This document shows, piece after piece, positions 10,301 through 21,736 of a DNA stretch of 50,414 bases. The translations under genes were made by a program, and so were the position numbers. The DNA comes from Craspedostauros australis. Lineage: Eukaryota. A model generated the notes under the pieces. It did no database searches. It saw only the letters and a list, made by a program, of their open reading frames with translations, and was not told the origin of the DNA. Position 1 is the first letter of the stretch. Each line of letters starts with the position of its first letter. Where the stretch lies: contig JALAGF010002776.1 in the NCBI GenBank assembly GCA_030167865.1, forward strand, positions 1 through 50,414. The letters are read 5' to 3'.

Positions 10301-13300
10301 ATGATTCGAAAGATGAAAGGCTTCAGAAAGCCAATGTGGATGAAGCAATCGAAGAAGGCGCCAGCGTCGGGAACGGCGTCAGCTTCAGCGTCTACACCTG
10401 CCCTGAAGCCAACTCCAGTCGCTGTAATGACGCCTCCAACGCATCCCAACACACAGCCAGAGGATCGTTCTCCCATCGGCATGACGGTCATCTCCAAATC
10501 GCCACGTACCGAGTCTCGCCAGCCACCATCACCACGCGGGAACGAGAGCAGAAAAGACCTGCCGCAACCAAAGAAACTCCTGACGTCTCCGTCGCCGGAG
10601 CAGATGGATGCTGTGAAACGCAATCGTCGAAGGGTATCGTTCGGTGATCATCAGGACCGGCAAATCGAAAGCAGAGCCCCGGTTACTCCTGATACACCCA
10701 CCAAAACACCCATCAACGAACACGAACATGACAGCACCCCCAAGACTGCCATCGACGCAGATGAAATAGCAAGCAGCAATACCCAGGGTCACGTGAATGT
10801 CAATACCAACGCCTATACCCAGGGCAAAGTGAATGTCAATACCAACGCCAATACCAACACTACCATCGATCACGACAACGGTCGTTGCACCAACAGCGAG
10901 CTGAAGGCAACACTTGTGGAAAGGAACCGTGAGATACGTTCAATGCATGACAAGTTCCATGCAGTTCAAGACGGACTGCTGCGTATTGACGAGGAGCGCG
11001 ATGCGTTGATGGAGCGAACAACGAGCTTGGAGGACGAAAGCAAAGCGCTTCGGCGCAAGCTGGATGTGCGAGAGCAGGAGATCCTCTCGTTAGTCAAACG
11101 ATGCGCAGCACAGGAGCTGAAAGTCAAGGAGCTTGCAAAGCTCCGCAAGCACAACAGGGATCTCTCCGAATCATTGCACAGCGTCCGAAACAAACTCCAC
11201 GATGTAGAGCACGAGCAAGATGAGCTCGAAAAACTTCGGAAGGAGCTCCGCGACTCCGAACTATCGCGTGAGGAATTGGTCAGCCGACTTGACGTTGTCC
11301 AGAGAGACCATGACAAGCTGGCGGAGACTCTGTCAGATTGCCTGTCCAACATGAGGCGCTTGACGGAGGAGAAGGAGCTCCTTCAGCTGGAATGGCAACG
11401 TGAAGTGAAGCAGATTGCGATGCAGCTGGAGAGAGAGCGGATCGACCACATCTCCGCCAACAATGATCTCAAGGCCGAACTGCAACGCAAGAACGACAAA
11501 ATGGCCGAGGCTGAGCAGAACCTGCAGAAGGCACTGAACACGAACAATGACATCCGGCAGACCAAGGTGCAGGTGTCTCAGGAACACAGCAAGACGGTCA
11601 ATGACTTGAAGGTCGAACTCGACGAAGTCATGGCGTCGGTCACAGCCAATCGACAGAAAATCAACGATGTGAATAACAAGAACCAACACTTGGAGGAAGA
11701 GTTGGAGCGCACATCATCGATGCTCACGTCCCGGACCAACAGCTTCGAAGCGAAGGTTCACGAATTGAATGACGACTTGCATGAGAAGGAAATTGCTTTC
11801 GTTGCATTGGAGATCGAGTTTTCCGATCAGATGGAAGAGCTCATGCGCAAGTCTTGCCAGGTGGACGAGCTGTTGGAGGAGAAGGCTGCGCTCGAGGAGA
11901 AGCTGGCAGACTTCAACGTCATTTCAACCAAGTATGCCGGCCTTCAGGAGTACATGGCACTCTTCGATTCCACCGTCGTGGACGTGACCACGGAAAACGC
12001 ATACCTGACCCTCGAGAAGGAGACTTTACACGAAGAGATCGCTGAGCTCGAGAATAAGATCGAGCTGCTGGAAAGCATCACAGGCATTGACCATTACCAA
12101 GTGCAGAGCGATGACATGCAACCTATGGGGGAGGACGAGGATGACGACATTGATGACGACTGTGCCAGATTGAATCCTGACGCATGCGAAGGTATGACGA
12201 ATAATCACGCTCATGCCGACAAGCGTTCCGCTCTGCATGAACAGGGTAGCATTCAGATGATGCCAGATAGCGGAACGGGGGATTTGTCAGACCCACAAGC
12301 AGCCACACCAGTCGAACGCAGAAGTCCTCTGGATGGTAACGCAGATCAAGCAGAAGGCATGGCGGAGCTGGGGATCGTCAGCATGGAGACGACAATACGG
12401 CAGCTGGAGCATCGCCTGCGGCAACAGAAAGAGGATCACGCCACGGCATTGAAGAAGTTGGAGGACGAGGTGGAGCAGCTCAACCAAACGAAGGATGAGA
12501 TGTCAAAAGAGTTGGCGAACACAGCGTCGCTCAGAGAACGGGCTGATGATAAGGTGATCAACCTCCAAGCAGAATTATCCGAGAGCAACGAAATGTTGGC
12601 ATCCATGACCTCGACGCTGTCATTGAGGAATGACGCGATGACCCATCTCAACAATGAACTGATCGCAGCTCGCGAGCTCCATGATACCATGGTGGTGGAA
12701 CTATCCTCGACCAAGCATCAGCTTGAAGAATCCGAAGGACTTGTTCAGAAACTCCAAGGCCAGTGTGCTGAAGCAGATGCGGCACGTGCATCACAGCACC
12801 GTAACTTGCGAAATGCCATCAAAGAGAAGGAAACCTTGCAATCGACTGTGGATGAGACACGTTCATGTTTGACCGCATTGAAGGCAGATCTATGTGCCGC
12901 GAACCAGATAATTGAAGAGAAAGCGCGAAAGGAAGCATTACTCGTTGCTTTGACTGCTGAGAAGCAAGGTATGGAACAAACGCTGTGTGATGCCAACGAA
13001 CAAATAGATAATTTGAAGGAGGAGATCGACAGGCGCTCTTCGGATTGCGCCAACTGCATGCGTGAGCTTGAAAGCCGTCGCCTTGCAGAAATCGCAACGC
13101 AAGAATCCATGGAGGAACTTCGTAGCTTGCACGAAACACAACAGCAGTCTCTGAAATCTGAGCTGGAAGCAATGAGACTGCATGTTGGTGCGGTGAATGC
13201 GACGCTCGCACAAAAGACGGATGAACTCGCGGAGATGCAGAAGGAGCTTGCCGAAACCAAGCAGGAGCTGGACAAGGAACGACGACTGAAGGAGGCCATC

Positions 13301-14542
13301 GCTGCATCGGCGCCCGCAGCGGCAGCCACTTTATCTCTTGTCAAGGATGAGGCAGCAACGATGGACACGCGAACGAAAGGACCAATCAGCCCCCAGTCGT
13401 TCATGCAGCTGGAGCAGGCGATGTCCGATCAGGAGGAGGAACTGCGTCGGCTCGAAAGGGCGTGCAACAACAAGGACATCGAAATGCAAGATCTGGTGGA
13501 GGTGAATGACTGCATGCATGGTGAGAACCAAAAGCTCAAGACAGAGATTTCCAACCTCGAGAACGTGATCACGAAGTTGCAGACGGAGGTCGCGTTGAAG
13601 ACCGACGAAATCCGCGACCTTCGATTACTGGATCTGAAAGATGCCAATGAGATGATCGTTTGCCTGGAAGAGCAGATGCTCGAGCTCGAACTTGGTTGTC
13701 AGGAGAAGGAGTCCACCATCCAGAAACTCCGACAACAGCTCCAGCAAAGCCAGAAGAAGAAAGAGCAGATGGAGGAGGATATTGCCAGCACAACACTACC
13801 ACTGCCACCACCATCACGACGCAAGATCGGCTCCGATGCATCCATTGCCAACGAGAAGGGCGTGATGATTGCCTGTCTCGCGCAGCATCAGTCAGAGCTT
13901 GAGAGGGAGAAGATTGAGCTGAGGGGACAGCTGGATCAGGTAAAGAAGGTCGCACAGCAACTCAAAGACGAGAACAGCGCGCTCCAGGACGAATTGAAAC
14001 AAGTGATGGACGAATCGGAGGCGTGCATGAAGGAGTTGGAGGAGCAGCTTGAGACAGAACGCGCCAATGGCATGTTGTCCGCGAAAGAGCAACGAGAGAA
14101 GGTCAAAGAGTTGGAATCGATACTTGACCAACGCAGCACTCTGCTGGCTGACATGGTGAAGTACAACAAGGAGATACAATGCAAGTGGGATGCGGATCGA
14201 TTGAAGCTGTTGAAGCACGAGGAGGATGCTAAGGAAAATGGAGCGGCGTGTACCGCCCAAATATCCAATCTGCGGCAACAGCTGAAGAGCGTCGAAGGCA
14301 AGCACAGGCAGGAGATGGAGAGACGCGGTGAGCAATGCAGAATATTGGAAGCCGATCTTGCAAAGATCAAGGTGAAGGTGCGAGGATCTTCGGTCGATGA
14401 CAACAAGGTCGTAGCTGAGCTCCAAAAAGAGAACGGCAAGCTCAAGGACAAGATCAGCCGGCAGGAGGCCTACTTGCAACGCAAGTTACAGAAGGAGAAA
14501 GAGCAGAGGGGCCGCTCCCTTCGAAGCGCCCTGCCCAAATAA
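10301..14542 (+). CDS. Very large coiled-coil protein of unknown function (1413 aa) with Pro/Ser/Thr-rich N-terminal head
   Basis: Uninterrupted 4.2-kb ORF with heptad-rich sequence from about aa 200 to the C-terminus, broken by short linkers. No motor domain motifs seen. Confidence 0.9.
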   Translation: MIRKMKGFRKPMWMKQSKKAPASGTASASASTPALKPTPVAVMTPPTHPNTQPEDRSPIGMTVISKSPRTESRQPPSPRGNESRKDLPQPKKLLTSPSPEQMDAVKRNRRRVSFGDHQDRQIESRAPVTPDTPTKTPINEHEHDSTPKTAIDADEIASSNTQGHVNVNTNAYTQGKVNVNTNANTNTTIDHDNGRCTNSELKATLVERNREIRSMHDKFHAVQDGLLRIDEERDALMERTTSLEDESKALRRKLDVREQEILSLVKRCAAQELKVKELAKLRKHNRDLSESLHSVRNKLHDVEHEQDELEKLRKELRDSELSREELVSRLDVVQRDHDKLAETLSDCLSNMRRLTEEKELLQLEWQREVKQIAMQLERERIDHISANNDLKAELQRKNDKMAEAEQNLQKALNTNNDIRQTKVQVSQEHSKTVNDLKVELDEVMASVTANRQKINDVNNKNQHLEEELERTSSMLTSRTNSFEAKVHELNDDLHEKEIAFVALEIEFSDQMEELMRKSCQVDELLEEKAALEEKLADFNVISTKYAGLQEYMALFDSTVVDVTTENAYLTLEKETLHEEIAELENKIELLESITGIDHYQVQSDDMQPMGEDEDDDIDDDCARLNPDACEGMTNNHAHADKRSALHEQGSIQMMPDSGTGDLSDPQAATPVERRSPLDGNADQAEGMAELGIVSMETTIRQLEHRLRQQKEDHATALKKLEDEVEQLNQTKDEMSKELANTASLRERADDKVINLQAELSESNEMLASMTSTLSLRNDAMTHLNNELIAARELHDTMVVELSSTKHQLEESEGLVQKLQGQCAEADAARASQHRNLRNAIKEKETLQSTVDETRSCLTALKADLCAANQIIEEKARKEALLVALTAEKQGMEQTLCDANEQIDNLKEEIDRRSSDCANCMRELESRRLAEIATQESMEELRSLHETQQQSLKSELEAMRLHVGAVNATLAQKTDELAEMQKELAETKQELDKERRLKEAIAASAPAAAATLSLVKDEAATMDTRTKGPISPQSFMQLEQAMSDQEEELRRLERACNNKDIEMQDLVEVNDCMHGENQKLKTEISNLENVITKLQTEVALKTDEIRDLRLLDLKDANEMIVCLEEQMLELELGCQEKESTIQKLRQQLQQSQKKKEQMEEDIASTTLPLPPPSRRKIGSDASIANEKGVMIACLAQHQSELEREKIELRGQLDQVKKVAQQLKDENSALQDELKQVMDESEACMKELEEQLETERANGMLSAKEQREKVKELESILDQRSTLLADMVKYNKEIQCKWDADRLKLLKHEEDAKENGAACTAQISNLRQQLKSVEGKHRQEMERRGEQCRILEADLAKIKVKVRGSSVDDNKVVAELQKENGKLKDKISRQEAYLQRKLQKEKEQRGRSLRSALPK
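10779..10850 (+). repeat. In-frame 36-bp tandem duplication (TQG[H/K]VNVNTNA x2)
   Basis: ATACCCAGGGTCACGTGAATGTCAATACCAACGCCT followed by ATACCCAGGGCAAAGTGAATGTCAATACCAACGCCA. Confidence 0.9.
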
Positions 14543-15612
14543 GCCTAGATTCGTCGATTCTCTCCAGAGACAGAGAGCGAGAGTACACACTGTCGCTTTA
14601 GATTGGAGATGCTGTGCACATAGTTGTGGAATCATCCAGCGGTACCGCGCCAACCGGATTCTTTGGACAAATCATCTGAGCTCCAGCGAGATCGATGCGG
14701 CGTACTCTATGAATTCTCCCTCCATGTTGGCGACGACCGATTGCCAAGCATCTTCATACCTGTTGTTGAAGCATGTATGCGTTACCCGTAAACACCCCAG
14801 GACGGGAACATGCAAGAGAACATGGACTTTCACAACCGTGGTGGAATACCAGGGGCGGACGACTTGGTGCAGTCCAAACATCTAAGAAGAGAGCTTGACG
14901 AGCAAAAGAAGCAACCCACTGAGGAGTGTAGGTTTTGAACCTCATGGCTGACACATAGTTCCACGGAGCAAGTGCAAGAAGCCAGCGGTCAGCGATCCAT
15001 GACCTATGCCCGCCGTATACCCATATGCCTTCCTCCGAAGTGCTCCCAACTATGTTCGTTTGGCGGATGTCCCTGTCGGCCGCCATGGATCGAGCATCGG
15101 TCTGCTGCAATTCACGAGCCACGACGGGGGTGCCTCTACATCTGGTTTGAACGTAGATATTCGTGGTCTGCGCCCTACGATCAGTGAAGGCGACGCGATG
15201 CCGCTGCGCCTGTTGCTTTTCGTTGGTGTCGAACCATCCCAATGCGTCATACGGTGTTGGTTTAATGTTGATGGTGCTAGTTAGCTATGCTGAGCTTGAT
15301 CATCGCAATGCGACAGGATGGCAGCCTGTCGAATCAGAATGAGATGGATGGTCACCAACAAATCCAATCACATCGGTGGCTCCTGCGCGTACTATTGCCA
15401 ATAAACCAGATGTCCGAATGCCTGATTGGTATCGAGGAAATTCGAGGAAATTCAGAACCTGGTTCGTGAATTTCCTCGAGTGCAATACACACTCGTGAAT
15501 GGATGGTGTTGGCAATGCCGGACTGTCATGACCTATTTTTTAGCGACCATCCCAAAAGTTGGCCACATCGCCATCACCATCATGACTATCCTCCCTCCAC
15601 AAATCATCAATC

Positions 15613-17331
15613 ATGACGAAGTCCACGCCTGCCCCCATCCACCCACACCGCCTCCAATCTGAGAGTGATCTTTCACGAGCTGCTACGATGGAAGCTACCT
15701 CTCGAGATGATGGTACCGCACGAACAATGGACAGCACCCGCCAATCCGCGACTTTTCGAGACGATTCGACCAATCGCAACGATCACACTGGCAGCGACGC
15801 CGAGCCGGATACCACAGCCCGGATCCCCCTCCCAGGAAGATTCCATTCACCCAGGTTTAGCTCCGGTCAAGATGATCCCATCACTGTTGATAGCATTCTC
15901 GATGTCTTCTTCCCCAGGCAGATGTTGACGAAGATGTGCACACATACCAACAACCACATCCTCAACAGTGGTGTATCAGCAGCGCCGGTGGAGCCGAAAG
16001 ACCTCTATCTTTTCTTCGCCATCTACTACTACATGGGGTACATCGAGGGACCATCGAAGATTGACTACTGGAATCGGACCAGCCCCTTTTCGCCGAAACA
16101 TGCGCTGATGGAGCGCATGTCGTGGTCGCGGTTCCAGCTGATTTGGGACAATATTCATTTCACCTGTCTCCGCGACGCTGGCGATGCTGATACTGATACT
16201 GATGAAGCATCTGGCGTCTTCGACACCTCTGATTCAGTGGATGAAAATTTCGATTTCGATGATGAATGCTCACGTATGGGTGATTACTGGGGGCAAAGCT
16301 CCGACGACAGCGATAGCCTCGACGAAATCTCTAGCTCTCCCGAGGACGACGAGGAACCTGAAATCATTGCCACCATCAAGAGCTGGCTCCGGGAGATACA
16401 GCCGTTCCTGGACCACGTGAATGAAGTCTCGAAGCAACTCTGCAAGTTCCCTGGCTCCGAGTGTGCCGTCAATGAAATGATAGTCCGATTGACTCGCCAG
16501 TCGCGACAGGCCATCCGCATGGGGGAAGATCAAGCCAAGCACACCCACAAGTTCTACGGTCTCTGCTGCTCCACGACCGGCTTTGTGTACCACGTGCTAC
16601 CAGCCAGTGGCATGGATGGGATGGCAAACGCTGGCGGCACCATCCTCGACTTGCTGAGAACGCTGGATGATCAACACCAGTACGTTGTGGCTATGCAGAG
16701 ACGGCTCGCCACCACTACAGTGCTGCAGAAATCGAGGGAGATGAAGGTTGGCATAGTGGGGCCAGCACAAATGCAATACGGAGTTGCCATGGGCAAAAGT
16801 ACTCGTCTCATCAACTACTGCAGACCCGACCTCCGATGCAAAAGGCCGTGGGTACGAGTCATATTCCACCTGCTGGACATCATGAAGGCCAACGCCAAGA
16901 TTGCCTTCAGTGCTCTGGCAGAGAGGGATAACCAAACCGATCCGAATAGATTCTTGCAGAACATGATCGAGGCATTGGCCCGTAAAGCGGGCGCGCAAGA
17001 AGAGGCCACGAAGAAGCGAGGCTCCAACGAAGCAACGGTCCCAAGAGGCGTGAGGGTGCGACAGAGGTGCAGGATGAGCAGCACGAGGCCAAGTCTAGAC
17101 AACGCCAGATTCGAAGGCGATCCGTCAGACCACCTGCAAGTCATCAGTCAGGAGACGAGCCAAAGGGTGTGCAGGTACTGTGCCTATCTGAACGTCGTTG
17201 CGAAGAAGGAGGGCAAACAGGCCCCGAAACTGAGACGAGTGCGAAGGATGTGCATTGTGTGCAATGTCCACATATGCAAATCGCATTGGGACGATTATCA
17301 CAAAACGAGGATCCCTGAAGACAAAGAATGA
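15613..17331 (+). CDS. piggyBac transposase-derived protein (PGBD-like), catalytically inactive, with C-terminal Cys-rich zinc finger
   Basis: Intact 572-aa ORF with piggyBac blocks FFP..ML..MC..TN.H, LFFAIYYYMG...DYW, MSWSRFQLIWDNIHF, IQPFLDHVN...PG..CAV[N]EM, KFYGLC..TGF and R.KRPW..VIFHLLD...NA.I. The C-terminal domain reads CRYC...CIVCNVHIC..HW..YH. Confidence 0.85.
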   Translation: MTKSTPAPIHPHRLQSESDLSRAATMEATSRDDGTARTMDSTRQSATFRDDSTNRNDHTGSDAEPDTTARIPLPGRFHSPRFSSGQDDPITVDSILDVFFPRQMLTKMCTHTNNHILNSGVSAAPVEPKDLYLFFAIYYYMGYIEGPSKIDYWNRTSPFSPKHALMERMSWSRFQLIWDNIHFTCLRDAGDADTDTDEASGVFDTSDSVDENFDFDDECSRMGDYWGQSSDDSDSLDEISSSPEDDEEPEIIATIKSWLREIQPFLDHVNEVSKQLCKFPGSECAVNEMIVRLTRQSRQAIRMGEDQAKHTHKFYGLCCSTTGFVYHVLPASGMDGMANAGGTILDLLRTLDDQHQYVVAMQRRLATTTVLQKSREMKVGIVGPAQMQYGVAMGKSTRLINYCRPDLRCKRPWVRVIFHLLDIMKANAKIAFSALAERDNQTDPNRFLQNMIEALARKAGAQEEATKKRGSNEATVPRGVRVRQRCRMSSTRPSLDNARFEGDPSDHLQVISQETSQRVCRYCAYLNVVAKKEGKQAPKLRRVRRMCIVCNVHICKSHWDDYHKTRIPEDKE

Positions 17332-17797
17332 TTGTCGTGATGGTTGTACTCCTACGCATAATCCCAGCATGAGTGTTAATAGGTAAGTAAGAGTAGCGTA
17401 CATATAGTAAGAAAGTAGTGATGGAGTATATGCTAACATCCTCGAGAACAAGACAAACATTGAGCACTCATCGAGTAGATTCGATTCCGACATCTATGAA
17501 TGAAATTGGGTGTTCTTGTATTGGCAGTGCCCAATGATTATTAACAGCCACTACTGATGCAAAACTCACAAACTTACTTGTATCATCATAATACACACAA
17601 GTACTCTCTCTCTCTCGAACTCAAGGTTCTCCTGAGGCAGATCTTGTGTCATCCATCGTTTGTGAGTTTGAAGATATGACTATTAGAGTATTGCATTTGT
17701 CTTTTGTGTCCGCGTTGCGGTTGTACAGTACTGCGTTGCTGAAGGTATTACTCCACTCGATAATACCTGGCTGTGATTCTGTGTTGTGATTACATGA

Positions 17798-20715
17798 TCA
17801 GTAACCGGGACCACCCTGGTATGGTTGTTGGGCGTACTGCTGCTGTTGCGGTGGTGCCTGCTGGTGGTATTGCTGCTGCGGCGGTGGGGCACCTCCATAG
17901 TTGTTTGGTGGCGGTGCCTGTTGGTACTGTTGTTGCTGCTGTTGTTGCTGCTGCGGCGGCGGGGCACCTCCGTACTGGTTGCCCTGGTCGTACGCCTGCG
18001 GCTGCTGCTGGTGTTGCTGCGGCTGGCTTTGGCTGCGGCGACCATCGTACTGGTCCCTGCTGGCGTTGTTGCTCGTGCTGCGGGAGTATCCGCCGCCGCC
18101 ACCACGGTCACGCTGCTGGGCCAGCAGGACACGGCGGATGCCTTCGTGCACCGGCTTGAGGCGGGCGAGGTTGGGGGAAGAGATCTTGATCGGATTCCTG
18201 GCAACCGGAAGCACCACGATGTACTTCCATGGGTGGAGCTTGTTCTTGTACTTGACCATCTGCGGTCCCTGCCAGTCGTTCTGGATGCGCGCGCCCTGAA
18301 GGGAGAACTGCTTCACCTTCACGGACACGGGACGTCTGGCCTGGGTCTCGATGACGGCAATGTCGTACTCGGACTGTGGTCAGAAGAGAATGAAACAGCA
18401 CAAGATGGAACGTGACACAGGAAGCAAGCGGTATGTAGAGGAAGAGTGAATTGAAGAGGAATGGAACGGTGCCAAAGTAGAACATCAGAACGCGATGCGA
18501 TGAAGGTGAGTATTTGTGAATGTTGCGTCAGGAGTGTTGAAACGCGATGAGAAGGTGAATTTTTGCAGGCAACGGCGCAACCTCCTTGTTTTGCGGCCGA
18601 TCTGAATTGTCTGTGGCATCGTCGCCGTTACTTGATGATTGGTTTGGCTTGACTTACTTTGGAACGGTACATGTTGATCATCCACGGCTGGGCGATGATT
18701 CCTCCGATGACAACATACTTGGGCTTCCAGTCCTTGGCGCTGTTTGGCGCGTTGGTCTCCCTGGTGTCGTACTTCACCATGTGCTCACCCTCAGCGATGA
18801 CGACCTCAGCGTTGGGGACGTAGAAGAGGAGCGGCAATGGACGCGGTCCTTCCTTGATGAGACGGGATGCCTCCTTTGGATTGCGGACGTCCACACCGTT
18901 GACCTTCAGCAGGACGTGTCCCAGCTCGACTCCTGCGGATCTTGCGGAGGAACCTTCGACGATGAATGCGACGACTGGGCGGTCGGCAAGACCATCCACA
19001 ATCTGCTTCTCGGTGTTCAAGAAAAGGGAATCGGTGAGCTCCTGTGGCTTGAAGAACATGACACCGAGGGTCGGGGTGAAGATTCTGGCATCATACCACT
19101 CTCCGCCCGGAGGAAGTCCATCGTCCTTCTTCTCCCCACGCTCCTCGCGTGTGGTCTTGACCGGCTCGACGGCCTCTTGTGCTGGGACCGGTGGCTGCGA
19201 TGGGGCAGCGGAATCGAATCCCATGCTTGCGAAGAAGTCGTCATCGCTCTGCTGCACAGGTTGGAGCTGCAACTGCTGCTGCTGAGGTGGTTGCTGTGCC
19301 GGTGGAGCCTGCGCAGGCACGATTGCTCCCTGCGATTGACCTTCAAAGACGGAGAATGGGTCGGCAGCAGCTGGGGCCGCGAGGGCCTGCTGTGCCGGTG
19401 GCTGGCCGTATGGTTGACCGTACGGCTGCTGCTGCTGATACTGTCCCGGGACCTGCGCATACGGCTGGTTTGGCTGCTGCGATGGAACCAACGCACCGAG
19501 GCTTGGGTCCGCTGGCGGTGCTGAAGCCGCCGGTGATGGCTGCTGCGGTGCGCCCCATGGATCGGCGTATGGCGCTGGTGCCCCCGGTGGTGGAGTTCCC
19601 TGGGCCAGTTGAGCTGCGTCTGACTGCGGAGCTGCACCTGGTGCCATGAGTGCTGGGAAGCCGGCCTGTGGAGGTGCGGGTGCGCCCTGCGGAGGTGGTG
19701 GTGGGTTGGACGGCGGCATTCCGAAGGCCCCGGCCACTGGATCGTTGGCTGGTGGAAACATGCCAGGGGCGGGTGCGCCCGGTGTTGGAGCGCCGTAGGG
19801 GTTGGCGCCTCCGAACTGGTCGGCAGGCGGTTGGGCTGGCTGGACCGGTGGAGCAGGTGCGGGAGCTGGTGCTCCGAAGCCTCCGAAAGGATCCGCGGAT
19901 GCTGCTGGCTGTGGGGGCGCTGGAGCTGGCGGCGGGGCTTGGTTGTTCATCATTGGCTGGCCATGAGCAGGGGCAGGTGCTCCGAAACCTCCGAATGGAT
20001 CAGCGGCTCCAGTCGATACTTGTGGTGTTGGTGCGGGTGGGGCCATGCCCGGCATGGTTGGTGCGGCCGGTGGCATGGCAGGTGGCTGCTGGCCTGGTGG
20101 GGCTCCGTAGGATGGCGTTGGGGTAGGAGGTGCGCCGAGAGCATCAGCGCCGCCAACGGACATACCAGGTCCAGCCGACATCTGCGGAGGCTGTGGTGGC
20201 ATGCCCATCTGCTGCGGTGGCAGCTGTTGCTGCGGAGCACCGAATCCCATGCCGTTGCTGGCATTGTCGAAGCCAAAGGCACCGCCATTGGCCTGGGGTG
20301 CTCCGTACATGCCTGGCTGTTGCATGCCTGGCTGTTGCATACCTGACTGTTGCATACCTGGCTGTTGCATACCTGGCTGCTGCATGCCCATCTGTGGTTG
20401 GCCACCCATCTGAGGCTGGCCCATTGGTGGCTGCTGCATGCCCATTGGCGGCTGCTGCATGCCCATTTGAGGTTGGCCGCCCATTGGTGGCTGGCCCATG
20501 GGTGCGGCGCCATAGCCATTGCTCATCATCGCAGGAGGGGCGTTCATGACGGGCTTGTCGGATGGAGCCGGTGCCGGAGCGGGCGGTTGGCCAAGACCGT
20601 TGGCGAATGGGTTGCTGGGGTCGGCACCTGGTGCAGCCGGTGGTGGTGCCCCAGGTGCGCCGGCTGGCAGAGCAGCCTGGAAGTCGGCCGCGAACTGATC
20701 GAATGGATTCGCCAT
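17798..20715 (-). CDS. Pro/Gln/Gly/Met-rich protein with PDZ domain and PH-like domain, 2 exons
   Basis: Exons 20715-18658 and 18373-17798 (phase-0 intron GTAAGT...CACAG). PDZ: LGVMF...VVAFIVEGSSARSAGVELGHVLLKVNGVDV...EASRLIKEGPRPL. PH-like: VIAEGEHMVKY...WKPKYVVI...INMYRSK...EGIRRVL. Q-rich tail. Confidence 0.85.
20311..20385 (-). repeat. Coding 15-bp tandem repeat x5 (MQQPG / MQQSG)
   Basis: Units such as GCCTGGCTGTTGCAT repeated five times on the + strand. Confidence 0.9.
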
Positions 20716-21705
20716 GGTGTTGTTAATCTGTGTGCTTGGTTCCCAAGGTGCTTGGCGGTTGTTGGTCACTTGTTTTGGCCGTTGCGATTCTGCTGGGAGC
20801 TGTGGGGCGTTCTTTGAGGTTCTTGTTGCTCCGTCCGTGCTGGTGTGGGTGGATACAGCTCCTCTGCTCGTTCTCTCACGGCAGGAACAGCGGGAGTCAG
20901 AGCAAGATGAGAATGATGCTCAGGCTGGTGCTGCGACTGGTGTTGCCGAAATGATGGATTGCGCACGATCGATTGTTCGGATAATCGATGCGTAAAACCA
21001 CGAGTATGTTGTGTTTTACTCTCCTCTGTGCGAATGCTGATGGCAATGATGGATTATGGGCGTGACAGCTGCCTCCGAATTGTTTCGTTTGTTTTTGTTT
21101 TGTCTTGCTTCATGTCGTGTCGTGTTGTGCTGCGCTCTGCAGTACCGCGCTGTGCTGTGTTCTGCTCTGTGTTCTGCTACCAGCACATCGCGTAAAGGGT
21201 GAATGTGGATTGCTGCAGTGTGGCGCGCTGTGTGTTCGCTTCCGGGAATGCAATCTTTTCGTGTGGCGCAACGTGATCTTTGCCCGGATCGCCACAAAAC
21301 GTCACAAAGATAGGTCGTGTGGTACGCTGTTTACGCGCGCTGTTGCGCATCTTCGCTCTGTGTGTTGACTCAGACCAGTTACTACGGCAGTTCGAAGCAG
21401 TGCGCGCAGGATGTGCGCGATGTTGTTGGAGGCACATCACAACACAGCGATGTGAGCCAAGCGGCCTTTTCCTGTCCAACGGATCGATTTTGCACAGAGA
21501 GTATTATTGTATCGAAGCTTGAATAACTATCCATGATTGTGACCATGTGGGAAGACAGCGTGTCCGCCATTGGTACGAGCCAACGGGCGTAAAATTCAGA
21601 AAAATGTTGTCACGTTGAGTTTGCCAAAATTGGGTCACGGATGAGACAAATCGTGCGTAAGTTAGTCTGGGGAGATTGTTAGGAGAGTTGGGCAGAGCAG
21701 GCAGG

Positions 21706-21736
21706 GTAGAGTAGGTAGAGTAGAGTAGAGTAGAGT
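21706..21736 (+). repeat. Imperfect (GTAGA)n pentanucleotide microsatellite
   Basis: GTAGAGTAGGTAGAGTAGAGTAGAGTAGAGT. Confidence 0.8.

Noticed and set aside
15200-17600. Active piggyBac element with TIRs
   Set aside because: Nearby TTAA sites (15262, 17376, 17541) lack adjacent CCC/GGG ends, and the catalytic residues are absent
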